A DNA stretch of 64,000 nucleotides from Zygnema circumcarinatum SAG 698-1b (Eukaryota; Plantae; Zygnematophyceae): assembly GCA_037447605.1 (NCBI GenBank), contig CM074811.1, positions 496,001 to 560,000 on the forward strand, given 5' to 3'. Under the pieces are notes generated by a model. That model searched no databases. It was not told the DNA's origin and worked only from the letters and a program-made list of their open reading frames with translations. This document shows, one piece after another, positions 12,579 to 24,500 of the stretch. A program made the translations under genes and the position numbers. The stretch's first letter is position 1, and each line of letters starts with the position of its first letter.

Positions 12579-15500
12579 ATGATGGATCCCCGGTGTAGGC
12601 TTTCCCTGCAGGCCCTTACACTTCTCCTGCTGTCCACCGCAGTCTCTTGCATAGAAATCTCCCACAAGGTCAGCGCTCCTACTCCCTCCCACTCTCCCTC
12701 TCCAACTCCTCCTGTCCCGTCCTCTCTTTCCGTCTCCATTCGTGTTTTCCTGTCATCCCTTTTCCTTCCCTGCGGAGGGTTCAGATCCATCCCAGATCCT
12801 TCATGCCCCTGCTGATGCGCCATGTATGGCGATGCTAATGGTATGCATGGCGCCGCTCCTGACATACAGCGCGAATGCGTGCATGCAATACATGCATGCG
12901 TGGCATGTGGCATGTGCAGTATACCATCGGCGATCAGGTGAAGCTGTGGGTGAACAAGGTGGGGCCGTACAACAACCCTCAGGAGACCTACAACTACTAC
13001 TGGCTGCCCTTTTGCAAGCCGGCGGTGCAGAAGTCGGCGGAGCGGAAATGGGGTGGCCTTGGAGAGGTCTTGGAAGGGAACGAACTGATTGACAGTCAGA
13101 TAGAAATCAAGTTCAGAAGTGAGTTGATGGGGATGGAGAGAGGGGGGCCAGGGTATGAAGATTTTTTCGTTTTAACGGTGATCTCCGATGCAGGGTCTTT
13201 AATTTTGTCGAATATGGATTTGTTAGGGATTGTGGGCGTTGTTTGGGAAGGTTCGCACGCAGAAATGCACGTAGAGGGAGAGTGCGCGTGATCTGAATGT
13301 CTTGGAACGAATTAGGGTTTTAAACAGTGCAGAAACTGGCATTTTCTGACTCATTTTCTGCGAAGTTTGCAGTGGACATGCCCAAGAGAACTATCTGTCA
13401 GAAACCTCTGGATGAGAAAACTTCAATGAAGTTCAAGGATGCCATTAAGCAGCAGTATTGGTACGAGCTTTTTATGGGTGAGCGCTCGCTCTCGCTCTCC
13501 CCTACTTTCACTGTGCGCGCGAGGATCGTTCTAATACAATGTCTGCTGTCGCATTCTTTTTGACAATGTGACTGTTATACTGATGCTGAACATGGGTTCT
13601 GGCTTGGTGGTGGGATGCAGATGATCTTCCAATTTGGGGTGAGGGATAATTTCTTTCCATCCATTCCCGCAGCCCTAGCCGCCGTGCGGCTCATCTACAG
13701 CTTGTGCCATGGATATTTTCGTTGTCTAACATTGTACCATTTTGTGAGCGTTTTCTCCTACTGTTTGCTGAATATCTGCCTCCTGGAGGAGAATGTGATC
13801 AGGGTTTGTGGGAGAGGATCGAGAGAAGGCCGAGCAGGGGGCTGGAGCTGACCAAGTGTTCATATTCACACACAAAAGCTTTGATATATATTACAACGGA
13901 GAGCAGGTCTGTACAATGTGATCAGTTTTTCTTAAGGTTTTGTTTGGGGGGTCGATTTTAGGTTTGAGAAGTAAGCTCCATATTCGCCTTCCCCGTAGAG
14001 AATCTACATGGACTTTCCCGCTGGTCTTTTCTGAAACAGAATGCTGAAGCCAATCAGTCTTAGAGTTTTTTCAAGCGCCAATTCGGGAGCTAATTCAGAC
14101 ATTGTTTATAGTACGCTTTCTCTCATTCCAATTTGGAAGTATTGACTGCAGATCATTCATGTAAATCTCTCATCGGAGACTCCGAGGCCTGTCAGCCCGT
14201 CTACCACTCTGGATTTCACGTACTCTGTCACCTGGCAGAAGACTGACATTCCGTTCTCCAAGCGGTTTGATCGATATCTCGATAACAACTTTTTCGAGCA
14301 TCAGGTCAGGAAAAAATTCCTCGAACAAATTCTGCTACATCCACCCGCCACCTTCTTTCAGCGGTCTTCCAGCGATCTGACTAGTCAGACTGCTGGTGGG
14401 CTGCGTCCTTTCCCTCTCTCATTAAGAGGCTTGAGCCTTTTTGCTGCATATAGTGAAGAGTTATGTGGCTTTCGTGGGGGTTACAGATTCACTGGTTCTC
14501 TATTTTCAACTCCTTCATGATGGTTATTTTTCTGACGGGTCTCGTCTCCATGATTTTGATGCGGACCCTCCGCAACGACTATGCTAAATATGCTCGCGAG
14601 GAGGATGATCTCGAAACTCTTGTAAGTTCTAGGAGTTAAATGTGTACCTGAACTCTTGGTGAACTTTTCAAGCTCAACACCTTGAATGCCGAGTCTCTGG
14701 AAGCCGTTAATCTGAAAATGGGCAATGCGTCTACTTAATTCTGCAGGAAAGGGACGTGAGTGAAGAGTCCGGGTGGAAGCTTGTCCATGGAGACGTGTTC
14801 CGTTCTCCGCGATATTTGGTGCTTCTCTCTGCTCTTGTCGGAACGGGGACGCAGCTCACTCTCCTAGTGCTTTGTGTCATCTTGATCGCCATCGTGGGCA
14901 CACTCTATGTGGGGTAAGTTTGTCATTATTCCCCACAGAATAATGGGCAAATGGTGAACTGGGTTTATTTTGTCGTATCTCTCAGCCACAATTTGCAGTT
15001 CATCCGTGGGTAGCAGAGCCAGTGATGTCCCACCGACGTGCAAAATCTTAAAGTGTGTTAAGGTTAGGGTTCGCTCCTGTTGAACGGGTTTTGCTCAATT
15101 TGGGCTTTATGGCAAGTGGTAGGCTTCGCGTTCATGTACAGGGTTATGTTGTGCCTAGCTACCTTCATCCCCTCATGCCTCATCCGTTGTACTTTGTACA
15201 GACGTGGAGACATTGTTACTGTGTTCATCATCTGCTATGCATTGACGTCGTTTTTGGCTGGATATGTGAGCGGAGGATTCTACTCTCGAAATGACGGTGA
15301 GTTTCCAAAGCAACGGTTTTTCTGTAGGGCTCTCTGTTGCTTCCATTTGGAAAGTGTCATCCAATCTCATTAAGAACGTGAAACTCTTCTTTACCCACTG
15401 TCTTGTCGTCTCGCTTCCATTTCCCCCCCCACCCCCCCCTTTCCTTCCCCCACCTTCCCTTTGCTTCTATTCAATCGCCCCCTTTCCCCCTTTCCCCCTT

Positions 15501-17628
15501 TCCCCCTTTCCCCCTTTCTCCCTTTCCCCGTTCTCCCACTCTTCCCATCACTTACCTTCTTCTCGTCTTCTTCTTGCTTTAGCTTCTTCTTGTTTTCCCT
15601 CTTCTGCTTCTGATTAGGCGATTCGGAAGCTGTGAGTGCAGGAAAGCATTGGATGAAAGCCATGCTTCTCACAGCCACTCTCTTCCCCTTCACCTGCTTT
15701 GGCATCGGCTTCGCATTGAACACTGTGGCTATTTTCTATCACTCCTTGGCAGCCATTCGCTTCAGCTACATGGTGAGTTTCAAGCACAAGCTTTTCACGA
15801 TGCCTAGTTTCCATGAGCATAGCAGTTTTCCTTGTATGAGTTTTTACATTGTATGGTCACTAATCAAAGCTGATGTTCGACCGAGACATAGCTAATTTTA
15901 GCTCTATTCTCTCTACTTTCTACATAAGTTAGGGTAGCTTAGTCTGCTGCTCTATCACTTGTTCACTGATGATGCAATTTTTCCAGAAAGTCTGACCGTA
16001 TTTTCACTTTTGCAGGTTGTGGTGCTCTTGATTTGGGCCTTCATCTCCTTCCCTCTAGCTACCCTCGGCACTATTGTGGGTCGGAACTGGAACGGAACTC
16101 CGGACAATCCATGCAGAGTGAAGACGATTCCTCGACCCATTCCGCAGAAGAAGTGGTATTTGACTCCATGGGTGATTTCGCTAATGGGAGGATTGTTGCC
16201 CTTCGGAAGCATCTTCATTGAGATGTATTTCATCTTCACATCATTCTGGAATTACAAGGTCAGTTCCTCAAGGATGTTGTTTCTGTGAATATTCGTGCGT
16301 TATCTATCTGTGTATACCTTCTCATTCACGTACAATATGAATAGTGGAGCTTATACCAGCGGGCCCCTGCAACTTTACCACTCTACTAGGGGTACTTTGT
16401 TGCTGATTATGTTATAGGCGACATTGCGAATGAGGCTCGTTTAAGACTTTGATTGAAAAAACTTCATGAAGATCAGGCAGCAAGCCTTTATGGGTTGCTT
16501 GAAATCGCCTTATGTTATAACCTCTAACTGATTGAGGTGGTTTAGTATTCTTAACGGTCAGCCATTAGGGCTTGTAAAGTCGCACATTCTGAAACTGGAA
16601 TACAAGAAGAAAGAACAAAGCTATTCCCTTAGACTACAGGTTGGCCATGTAGGTCCGGTATAGTGATTTTTTATGTAACGGAAAATTGTCTTATTCCTAC
16701 CTCATGCAATTAGAGACCCTGCATACTAGTAGAGCCTGCCAACCCAGCCATTTTTATGAGCCAACTATGAAGGTTTATAGGCGCACTTCATTTCTAAGAA
16801 TCCCATTGTCATAGGCCGGAGAAAGGCAGATTATGTCTGCTCTGCATCTCTCTCAAAAAGCTCCGCAACCTTGTTTTCTCACATGGGCCTCCTTTTTTAC
16901 ATACTAAGTGGAATGTACGCGAGATCCAACAATTCGATACATGAACGAACTATTGAAGACCTAATGTGTGCTACCACGGCTTGCAGGTGTACTATGTGTA
17001 CGGCTTCATGCTCCTTGTGTTCCTCATCTTGATAATAGTGACAGTGTGCGTCACCATTGTGGGCACATACTTCCTCCTCAATGCGGAGAACTACCACTGG
17101 CAGTGGACGTCGTTCTTCTCGGCAGCCTCCACCGCCGGATACGTCTACCTTTACTCTATCTATTATTACAAATTCAAAACGAAAATGTCCGGGTTCTTCC
17201 AGCTCAGTTTCTACTTCGGATACACCCTCATGTTCTGCCTTGGTTTGGGTGTCCTGTGTGGTAAGCGACAGTCCCTCTCTCTCTTTCCTCACCCCACTCT
17301 CTCTCTCTCTCTTTCTGTCTCTCTATCTCGATTTCTCTCTCCTCTCCCGCCGCCCTCCTGGCAGGCTGCATGATGTAGGGAATAGTCAAAACCAAAGGAT
17401 GGAGGGATCTCATCTGAAGGACCATAGGACTAGAGAAGGAATGTTAGCAATCAGAGTTCTCAAGCAGAGTTATAAGGAGTGAAAAGGGAGAGAACCCTTT
17501 CAAGTTCTAATGGTCCCCCTCTGTATGGTGATGCGTCGCTTGTTGTTGGAATTTATGCAGGCGCTATTGGGTACCTTGGTTCATCCATGTTTGTGAGACG
17601 GATTTACCGCAATATTAAGTGCGATTAG
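12579..17628 (+). CDS. TMN1: Transmembrane 9 superfamily protein (endomembrane protein 70, TMN1-like), multi-exon
   Basis: Signal-peptide exon 12579-12668. Later exons encode [89 protein letters not shown] and [10 protein letters not shown]. The C-terminus is [10 protein letters not shown] with the KxD motif (TAG 17626-17628). Confidence 0.96.
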
Positions 17629-19159
17629 AGGCCACTCAGGTATCAGTTGGAGGGAGGAGGAGAGGGAGGGAGGGAGAGTGAGCAGTCCACAGTGCATGGA
17701 TTAAGGCGAGGTTCAGGAAGGAAAGGGAGGATTCAGCATGGCGAAGGTTGGGAGGGAGATACAGAAAGAGAGCGAGAGAGAGGAAGAGCGAGAGAGAGGG
17801 AGAGAGAGAGGGAACTGGCATCCGTAGCCAGAGGGTTCCGATGTACTTGCCTGCTGTATATGACAGGCACTTCATTTTGGCTCGCTAGGGGAGGTGGCAA
17901 GGTCACAATGGCAAGCACATGTTGTAGACAACGGTACAGTTATCGTTACCGTAATAGTTGGCGCTTGGAAGGGTTTCCTGGAAGGTGCAGATTCTGCTTT
18001 AACTGAAACAGTTTAACAGGAAAAAGCATTAGGAGATGTAGTGCATATAGCTGACAGATAACCGCTGCTTCAAGCGCAGTTTGGCCGGCTCGGGATTGGG
18101 GCCAGGGGGGATGTATCTGGGAGGAAGGCTCTCTGCCTTTTCCTAAGGGGGGGCGAGGTCTGGCCCTTGTGAGCTTTGTTTGCTTTTAAGGCGTTTCTCT
18201 GAACTCGCTGTTCTTCGTTTGTCTGCCATTTTCTCAGGGTATAGGGTTTAGGGTTCGGGGTTGAGGGTTGATTGAGTTGGAAGTGATTGAGTGGCATGCC
18301 ATGGCATGGCATGATCTCACCATGAAGTGATCCATGGCCTCGCCATTGATGAACCCTTTCTCTGTGAAGTCTTTGTGGTTGAAACCCTTCAACCAGGAAA
18401 ACCTTTCTTCCGAAGTGTAAAAATTCTGAACCCTTGACATTCTTGAAGCGTTTCAAGACCCCTCAGATCCTTCGCAACCTTAAAACTTGGTAGTCTTCTT
18501 ATTCAGACCGCGCTGCCTTAGATCTCCTTCGCCTATGAAAGCATTGTCATCTCGAAATAGAGTCTCTAGATTGGTGCAGTTTTGGTGCATGGCGCATGAC
18601 ATGAAGGTTCCACAAAAGCCCAACCTAAGGCATTGGCCTCTCTACAATGCATATAGGAACGATTTTGTCTCTTAAACTTTTGACATGGACATGAAATCAG
18701 ACAAAAACTGGACAGAGCTCAGAGGATCATGTTTGTAAATATTTTTTTTAGAAAAAACCAAATGTTGTACGACCTTGAAAAAATCTAATTCGAACACGTG
18801 GCAATCCCTCATTGGTAATGGATGAACCAAATTCAGAACATCGATCCTCAGTTGGAGCTCAGATCTATGTACGCAGTTCTGAAAAAATCGTTCAACGGAA
18901 GCCGTCTTGTGCGCGCCTGCAAAGCTTGCATAGAGAGGGATTAGGGTTCGGGCGGAGACGAGCCGCAGATTTTAGGGTTCCCATCCTCCTCCCTCCCTTT
19001 CTCCCACCTCTCCCTCTCTCACTTCTCTTTTCCCACCCTCTCGTCGCTCTCTCCCTCTATCTGTTCCTCTGCGTGTCTCTCCCTCTGCCGCTCTGTGTGT
19101 GTGTGTCTCTCTCTCTCTCACTCTCTCTCTTTCTCCCTCTGTCCCACTCAGCCGCAGCC

Positions 19160-20050
19160 ATGTCGATGTCCAAGAGCTCCAAGATGCTGCAGTACATCAA
19201 CTACCGCATGCGCGTCACGATCACGGACGGGCGGCAGCTGGTGGGGAAATTCATGGCGTTCGACCGCCACATGAACCTCGTGCTCGGCGACTGTGAGGAG
19301 TTCCGCAAGCTCCCGCCAAAGAAGGGGAAGGGCACGGAGGAGCGCGAGGAGAGGCGCACGCTCGGCCTCCTCCTCCTGCGAGGAGAGGAGGTAGTCTCGC
19401 TCACTGTGGAGGGCCCTCCTCCTCAGGAAGACTCTCGCCCTAAGGGCGTTGGAGCAGGGGCAGGGGGAGGCCCGGGAGTAGGACGAGCAGCAGGAAGAGG
19501 AGTTCCCACAGCTCCATTAGGGCAAGCTCAGCCGGGACTTGCAGGGCCCATCAGGGGAGTAGGAGGACCTGTTCCTTCCATGATGCAGCCGCAGATGAAC
19601 CGTCCTGGAGTCCCTCAAGTAAGTGCTCCCCCTATGTCATATGGCGCTCCTCCAGGTGGCCCCCCTCCTGGCTCTCGCCCTCCTCTAAGCTTCCCTCCCC
19701 CCGGAGCTCCTCAAATGGGGGGGCAGCAACCCAGGCCTCCGGGGCCGCCACCTGGCGTCCGCCCTATGGGCCCCCCTGGCAGTGGGCCGCCACCTGGAAT
19801 GTATGGGGGTCCACCACGTCCGGGCATGCCTCCCCCCCCAGGGATGATGGGCCAGCAGGGCATGCCGCCGCAGTTCCAAAGGGGTCCACCCATGCCCCAG
19901 ATGATGAGGGGGCCGCCTATGGGGGGGCCACCTGGCGGGCGTGGAATGCCGCCACCTGGCATGATGGGGGGACCGCCACGTCCCGGTATGCCTCCGCCTC
20001 CCCCAGGGATGTATGGCCCCCCCAGACCATCAGGTCCTCCTCAGCAGTAA
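19160..20050 (+). CDS. SmB: Small nuclear ribonucleoprotein SmB/B', intronless CDS
   Basis: [50 protein letters not shown] Sm1 motif, [20 protein letters not shown] Sm2 motif, and a PGM/PPP-rich tail. The true ATG is at 19160; the ORF-track start at 18812 reads through the 5' leader. Confidence 0.96.
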   Translation: MSMSKSSKMLQYINYRMRVTITDGRQLVGKFMAFDRHMNLVLGDCEEFRKLPPKKGKGTEEREERRTLGLLLLRGEEVVSLTVEGPPPQEDSRPKGVGAGAGGGPGVGRAAGRGVPTAPLGQAQPGLAGPIRGVGGPVPSMMQPQMNRPGVPQVSAPPMSYGAPPGGPPPGSRPPLSFPPPGAPQMGGQQPRPPGPPPGVRPMGPPGSGPPPGMYGGPPRPGMPPPPGMMGQQGMPPQFQRGPPMPQMMRGPPMGGPPGGRGMPPPGMMGGPPRPGMPPPPPGMYGPPRPSGPPQQ

Positions 20051-21555
20051 GGGCGATGTTGGGAAGGGGAGGAGCGGGTTGGAGGAGAATATTAGGGTTA
20101 AGGTTTTGGTTGGAGCAACTGAAAGGCCGTCAGGTTTCAGGGTCTTTCCACTTTTTTTTTTCGGAGATGGGAAGAAGAGGCCCCTCATATTGGCAGAATG
20201 GGTGAGGCTGCAATATCATAAAGGTTATCAATTAGGTCACCTTCGCAATCTCAATTGATGTCGAATTATCTCGCAAGGACTTCGCTAGGTTGTCTAGGCT
20301 TCTCCAGCTATGGAAGTTGGCAATATGTGGTGCTTCATGCTATCTCTCAAGGCATTGAGGAAGAATAGAGCAGTCGAGGGTAGAGTAGCATTTCTCATAA
20401 TGACAGAATCCCCTCTCTGCTGTTGCTTGGCAAAAGCAAGCTCCTTTACGCGTTAGGGTTCGAAGTTCCATGGTCAGTTCCATGGTCAAAGAACGAACGG
20501 TGGAGTTCAATGCTGTAAGGAAGCAAGGCTCACAGAGCACGTGTAAAAAAAAAAAAGAGATGTGTTTGATGCTATGCTCTGTTGCCGCATTATGCTCTTC
20601 TTGTAAATCGAGGCACAGCAGGGAGGTGGTCCTACCTTTTGTAAGGGACCACAGACTCGGCGACGCCTTGTAACCGTTTCAATGGATGGGGCCCAGTTCA
20701 TTGTCTTGCGCCAATTTGTTCGATCTTGCCATGTCCTTTGATGCCTTGATGTCATGAAGCCGATTGAAGTGAAGGGCGAGGAAATGATGCTGCAATTGAG
20801 TCACTCACTCCAAGTACGCTTCCACAATTCAATGATGAATGAAAGCTCTAAACACCACAGATCCCATCACCACCTTCATAAACAAAATATATAACTAATT
20901 AAATTGCAAATATTGGTTTTACCAGCATGTGAACATTCCTTACATTCATTCCTGTTCTTAACACAGGGCTCACACGGCCCTAACAGGTACACATATGGAA
21001 GTTAAACATCATAGAACCAACGCCAGCCCGTCCAGTTCCGTAAGCCCGTTTCAATTCAAGTCAAGCATATAGCCTGCGTCTACGTGACAGGTTTACATGG
21101 AGAGGAGCGTAGCTGTTCGGACACATTTTTGAAAATTTTGTAAAACTGGGTAGCATGGAACGGGGGAGCTTTTCCAGCTTCGAGCTGGGCCCAGTCATGG
21201 CCGGCGGATACTCCTGGAGGGCTTTCCTGCAGCCATTGCCGCCATGGCTGCACAACTGAAGCTTTGGCTGTGAAAGAGGAAGGCCGTGAGCCTTTTCTGA
21301 TAAACTTACGCTTCTCGTTTTCCTTTGGAAGCGATGAAATTTGAAGTTTTGAACCGTCAAATTTGCTTCTTCTAGCAGCTTATATCTCAGATGGAAAGGT
21401 CCTATTTTCGGGAGATACGGCATTTGAATGTCCAGAACATGCAATACATTGCCCATGGAATGTTGCTCCAATGCGTTGTCCTTCGTCCGTTATCGTCAGA
21501 CATGCATTCAGCGAAGCTTGTACTCTGCTATTGATTGTTTGAACCTTGCAGAGAC

Positions 21556-24500
21556 ATGGAGATTGTCTCAAAAGCAAAGTCTGGTGAGTTCTATGAGCCG
21601 TCTGGTCTCACCAATTCATCCTGAATCTATTCATACGCCAGCATTGATAAGGATTTCATTTTCTGCGTTTGGCTAAATGGGAACCTGCTAGTCTCTGCAG
21701 CATTTCAGGCGGTTTCAGCAAAAGCGGAACGAGTTATATCTGACATAAAAGCCGATGCAAATGGATTTATTGTCAGCATCAGTGGCAATTCTGGAAGTCC
21801 TTCCAGCTATGCTCCTCAAGGTAGCACCTTGTCTTGCATTAATTATAGCCATTGTAATTCCAGGAAAACCTGGAATCTACACCTATTATGTGTCCTGGTG
21901 CTGAGCATTTGGCAAGTGCCCAATTAGATCAAATGGGGAGACGTTCAGTCTTGGAGCTTGTTGTGTCAGCAGTCAAATGCGCGTTCAAGAGGGGGATAAA
22001 CTAGTTTGGAATGTCCCAACATTCAAGAAGTTTGTTGTGCTTGTCATGTATTACGACACAGTGACGATTTCATAGCTTACAAATTTCATTGCATACAATG
22101 CAGGCCGGGCAGGCGATCCACCATGGGTCGGCAAGACAGAGCAGGAAAAGCTGTATGAGATAGAGTTGAAAGAACGCATGTTGGAAATTTCCAAGGTGAG
22201 TAGACTGCCAGCATTATTGTTGACTATAAGTTATGAGTCTGGTGAGTTTGAGGATTCATCCACGCTTGTAGCTCTCAGAAAGAAGTGAAATCGTAAGTTT
22301 TTTTTTAACACGCTTAAGTAATGCTTTGTCTTGGTGATTCTGACAGTCACCAGACATTTTTATTCGGAAAGACGCTGATGAAATTCTTAACATTGATTTG
22401 CGCACGGCTATGCCTTCTGCTGCAGCAGCCCTAGAGGTATGTGCCAATTTCCCAGTCCTGAAAGCATGTCTGCAGTTATCATTCTCCACGAGTCGGGCTC
22501 CAGTAACCGGGTGGATCTCTATAGAAAGTACCCTGTTAAGCGGAAGCCATGACGGTTTGCCACGTTTGCAGATTTGGAGTTGTGGCATTCTGTAATTGGT
22601 GCAATCTCTAGTGATGTAACGTGAAGCGGCTTGGTTTTGAACTTGCCCAGGAAGATGACATTGCCAAGATTAGCGAGTGCAATGAATGACACGGCACGTA
22701 TTGCTCTTGGCAGGAAGACGAGTCATTAAGGAACTTAAGGGCTGAGCTTGTGCCCAAAAAAGTTAAAGAGCACGATTTCTGGCGGCGGTATTTTACAGCA
22801 GTGAAGAGGATCCGGCAGGAGGTTCTCCCAAGGGAAGACTCTGCAATTTCAGCGACAGATGCCTCTCTGTCTGACTGCTCTGAGTCGACTGTGCAGTCCG
22901 TATCATCATCACCTTTGGTACAAACACACACAGAGACCCTTTGTTACGGTTGAATCAATGGGATCTATTGACCATTCATTTCTGCAATTCCTGATCATAG
23001 TACACAAACCCGGAATTTTAAGGTGGCTGGGTTCTTGTGGATGTTCTAAGCACGTAGACGATGGACGGGTGACAACCTGCAAAAGTAGTTCTCTTGTCTC
23101 TGAGTAGCAGGAAAGACTCAGACTCTTGTTATGATTTATGAAGCATGTTTTGATGTGTGTCGCAGAGAGTAGAGACGGATGCTTTGGAGGAGGAGGCCTA
23201 TGAGAGTGCCTACCGGTCGGTTGCAATTGCCTCCTCTCGAGTAGTACGGCGCCTTGCAGCTGCTGTTGGGTATGTCCTCTTGCTGCTTTACTTTCCCCAC
23301 TGATATCTTTTCTGAAGGTCCACTATTAAAGGTGTTGTGTCTTGAGTGCAAAAGTTTTGGCCATGTGGCATTTGTCAATGTTCTCATATGTGAGAATTTA
23401 CAAAATCTGAACCTCTATTTCTACTTTGAACTTGCGTCATTCCTCTCTTATGTTTCTGAAGTTTCCTTGGTTTAGCGGTCCTCATTGTGCAGAGTTGCAA
23501 GGGGAGTGAGGACAATTATAGACCTGGCAACTCCGGAAGACAACAGTCCGTTAAGCACAGAGCAGGTGCAAGTTGTCGCGGAAAAACTGACTGCCAGCAT
23601 AAAGCACTCTGTGGGGGCGGGAATAGCGGCCTTGGGCTCACTTTCGGTGAGGGAGAAGGACAAGAATAAGGAGAAGGAGAAGGAAAAGGAACGGCAAAAA
23701 GAAATGAAGAAGTACACAGGCGAATGCCATCCCTTGCTTTGGTCCCTCTTTGAAGCTGGTGAGCGCTCTCTTTCGCTCTCACTCTCACTCCCGCTCCCTC
23801 TCCCCCCCTCTCCACATCATATACTCTCCTCTTCTCTCTCCCCTCTGCTCTCCCCTCCCTATCCCTCCCCCTTTCCTTCCCCCATGCCCTCTCCCCACTC
23901 CTCTGCCCTGTCTCCCTCTCAACCTTACCTGCCCCCGCCTTCCCCTTCCCGGCCTTTTTCAATCATGTCCATATATCAGCCACATGCTCTCCAGACATGT
24001 CTAGGTTCATTTCAAGGTAGTTTTATTCATCAAAGGACATTTCAAGTTACAGAGTTTGTTTTGAGACCTTGATCTGAAGGTATGGGTCACCACTTTCGAC
24101 TGCTTCGCAGATACCCAATATGTTGAAGCCCGGGACAAAGAATCGACCTGGAAACCAATCCGTACTGCAGAAGAAAGCTTCATTGAAGATATTCATGGAG
24201 CCCCTCCCGACAGCTTTGTTCCACAGTTGGCGGAAATTATGGCCGGAATCAAGAGTGAGCAGAAAATGGCCATTTTCTGGCAAGAAGTTGTCAAGGAGGT
24301 GACGCCCACTAACCAACTAACCAAGTAGCGGAATTCTAATAGCACATTATTGTAGCTTATGCAAGCTGGAAGCAGATTTCATACCTGAAAGTTGTCAACA
24401 CTCTCCTCTCCCATCTCCCCACACTTCCTTTCTATGGGAGCTTGCTTCTTGTGCCTCGTTTAGGCTGATATAGGGGCCAGTCTTTTGGGATTTTGGGATA

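Noticed and set aside
18812-19159. 116-aa N-terminal extension of SmB
   Set aside because: It reads through the CT-rich leader. The conserved SmB start MSMSKSSK lies at 19160 in good GCCATG context.
19160-20050. Intronless SmB as a possible retrogene
   Set aside because: As I recall, plant SmB coding sequences are typically intronless. No poly(A) remnant or TSD was seen.
21061-21471. 136-aa minus-strand ORF upstream of the Rab3GAP gene
   Set aside because: No recognisable motif or convincing splice structure. It probably overlaps promoter or 5'UTR sequence.
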